In this document: piece after piece, positions 62,324 to 64,000 of the stretch
How the letters are laid out: each line of letters begins with the position of its first letter
Numbering within the stretch: the stretch's first letter is position 1
NCBI GenBank assembly: GCA_023461435.1
Contig: JAEYLC010000031.1
Coordinates: 23,126 to 87,125 of the forward strand
Direction: 5' to 3'
DNA: 64,000 bases
Source of the DNA: Bacillota bacterium
GTDB taxonomy: Bacteria > Bacillota > Clostridia > Christensenellales > SZUA-584
Made by a program: the position numbers and the translations under genes
The notes under the pieces: model-generated
Seen by the model: only the letters and a program-made list of their open reading frames with translations
Database searches by the model: none
Told to the model about the DNA's origin: nothing

Positions 62324-64000
62324 ATGGAATTTTATAAAAAATATCTTAGCAAATACAAACTGCTGTTTGCCACAGCTGTCATCTGCGTTTTCCTCGAGGC
62401 GATGTGCGACCTGCTCCAGCCTACGGTCATGTCCCGTATCATAGACGAAGGCGTCAGAAGCAGCCGTATCGATACGGTGATCGGGTACGGTTTGCTGATG
62501 CTCGGCATCACAGCGCTCGGCGCGGGCTTTGCCACCGCGCGGAGCATCATATCGAGCCGCGTTTCTCAGAGCTTCGGCGCCGATCTGCGTTCCGAAGTGT
62601 TTGGGAAAATCATCGGTTTGTCCGAAGTCAGCGCCGACAAGCTCGAAAGCGGCACACTGATCACAAGGGTCACAAACGATACGAATCAGATCACACAGTT
62701 CGTGAACGGGCTGATGAGGATATTTTTCAAAGCGCCCGTCGTCTGCATCGGCAGCATCATTCTCGCCATCATACTCAGCACGCACTTAAGCCTCATACTC
62801 TTTGCGGTCATCGCCGTGGTGGCCGCTCTGATTTTCGTCAGCATGCGGCTCAGCTATATCCGCTTCGCGCGCGTCCAGAAGGCGGTCGATAAGGTCAACA
62901 CCGTCGTTCAGGAATATCTGATCGGCGTCAGGCTCGTCAAGGCGTTCGGGCGGTTTAAAGACGAGGAAAGCAAATTCGAAGCCGCCAACGCCAATTTATC
63001 CGAAAAGACCGTCGCTTCCCAGCTCGTCATATCGTATTTTTCACCGCTGCTGTCGCTGTCCATCAATATCGGCATCGCTTTGATCATTTATGTCGGCAGC
63101 CTGCTTTTTGCGGGCGGGGCCATCGAGGTGGGAAAGGTGGCCGCGTTCGTGAGCTATATGGCGCAGATACTCACATCGCTGATCATGATCACGAACATTT
63201 TCAATACGTTTGTCCGCACAAAAGCGTCGACCGAAAGAATCAACGAGGTGCTGGGGAGCGGCGAGGATTTTGAGGGCTCCGGCCAAGCCGTGAAGCTCGA
63301 CCATGGCGATATCGCGTTTGAAAACGTGACATTTGCGTATCCGGGCGGCAGCGGCAGGCCCGCCGTGAGCAACCTGTCTTTCCGTGTCAGCCATGGGCAG
63401 ACGCTGGCTGTGATCGGTCCCACGGGCTCCGGCAAATCCACTCTCGCATGGCTGTGCCTGCACTTTTACGACGCCAATGAAGGCGCGGTCAATTTGAATG
63501 ATCAGGACGTGAAAACCTTGGACACCGGCATATTGAGGGAAAATATTGCGTTCGCGCCGCAGAAAAGCATGCTGTTCACCGGCACCGTGCTCGAAAACAT
63601 CATCTGGGGGAAGACGGACGCTTCGAGAGAAGACGCCGAAAAAGCCGCGCGCATCGCACAGGCCGACGGGTTCATTCGCAGTATGCCGGACGGCTACGAC
63701 AGCAGCTTAGGGCAGGGGGGCGTCAATCTTTCGGGCGGCCAAAAGCAGAGGATATCGATCGCCAGAGCGCTTGCGAAGGATGCGCCTGTGCTGATCCTCG
63801 ACGACTGTACAAGTGCGCTCGATGCCGTCACCGAAGCAAAGATCCGGCACAGCCTCAAAGATGTCAGCAAAGAGGGCAAAACCGTGATCATCATCACGCA
63901 GAGGATAGCGACCGCCATGTTCGCGGACAGCATACTCGTGCTCGATAACGGAGAGAGCACGGGCTTTGGCAGCCATGAGCAGCTGCTGCGTTCCTGCGCC
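62324..64000 (+). CDS. ABC exporter, fused TMD-NBD (MsbA/multidrug-type), 3' end outside window
   Basis: Absent from the ORF track because it has no stop in the window. Frame 2 is open from ATG 62324 to the window end: MEFYKKYLSKYKLLFATAVICVFLEAMCDLLQP..., then Walker A GPTGSGKST, signature LSGGQKQRISIARAL and Walker B VLILDDCTSALD. Confidence 0.9.
   Translation, partial: MEFYKKYLSKYKLLFATAVICVFLEAMCDLLQPTVMSRIIDEGVRSSRIDTVIGYGLLMLGITALGAGFATARSIISSRVSQSFGADLRSEVFGKIIGLSEVSADKLESGTLITRVTNDTNQITQFVNGLMRIFFKAPVVCIGSIILAIILSTHLSLILFAVIAVVAALIFVSMRLSYIRFARVQKAVDKVNTVVQEYLIGVRLVKAFGRFKDEESKFEAANANLSEKTVASQLVISYFSPLLSLSINIGIALIIYVGSLLFAGGAIEVGKVAAFVSYMAQILTSLIMITNIFNTFVRTKASTERINEVLGSGEDFEGSGQAVKLDHGDIAFENVTFAYPGGSGRPAVSNLSFRVSHGQTLAVIGPTGSGKSTLAWLCLHFYDANEGAVNLNDQDVKTLDTGILRENIAFAPQKSMLFTGTVLENIIWGKTDASREDAEKAARIAQADGFIRSMPDGYDSSLGQGGVNLSGGQKQRISIARALAKDAPVLILDDCTSALDAVTEAKIRHSLKDVSKEGKTVIIITQRIATAMFADSILVLDNGESTGFGSHEQLLRSCA

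Overview
The window looks like a chromosomal segment of a Gram-positive anaerobe, probably Clostridia; this is inferred from GGAGG-type RBSs, frequent TTG/GTG starts, lipobox lipoproteins and split transketolase. It is packed with carbohydrate and sugar-acid catabolic modules. I support 54 protein-coding genes. There are four ABC sugar-uptake systems, three CUT2-like and one with a fused ATPase-permease. There are four GntR/FCD regulators. Other genes include a split transketolase, a transaldolase-family gene, garR, MOFRL glycerate kinase, two class II aldolases, an FGGY kinase, Zn-ADHs, an SDR and four xylose-isomerase-fold TIM barrels. Also present are an MCP, a YesM/YesN-type two-component system with a membrane-anchored binding protein, xpt, a chagasin-like inhibitor, a 1627-aa multi-domain surface protein and a partial ABC exporter. 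I found no rRNA, tRNA, CRISPR array, IS element or prophage genes. Two adjacent regions stand out. (1) 6.7-13.2 kb holds a GntR-headed cluster: a di-cluster ferredoxin, a tungsten-type aldehyde:ferredoxin oxidoreductase, a UPF0261 (Tm-1-like ATP-binding) protein, a form-IV RuBisCO-like protein, and a UroD-family protein with an MT2-type H-x-C...C zinc motif. I cannot map this combination to any described pathway. (2) Immediately downstream, at 13.44-13.54 kb, is a sequence I read as a Moco/Tuco riboswitch. It precedes an operon of three Sec/lipobox-exported paralogues with a molybdopterin-oxidoreductase-like fold that lack the cofactor Cys and any Tat signal, a six-TM protein resembling an ECF S-component, mobB, and a kinase-fold protein. 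This may be an undescribed molybdenum/tungsten-cofactor-related uptake or salvage system that serves the neighbouring AOR. All calls come from reading the translations and the DNA by eye. No searches, covariance models or alignments were run. Start codons and hairpin boundaries are approximate.
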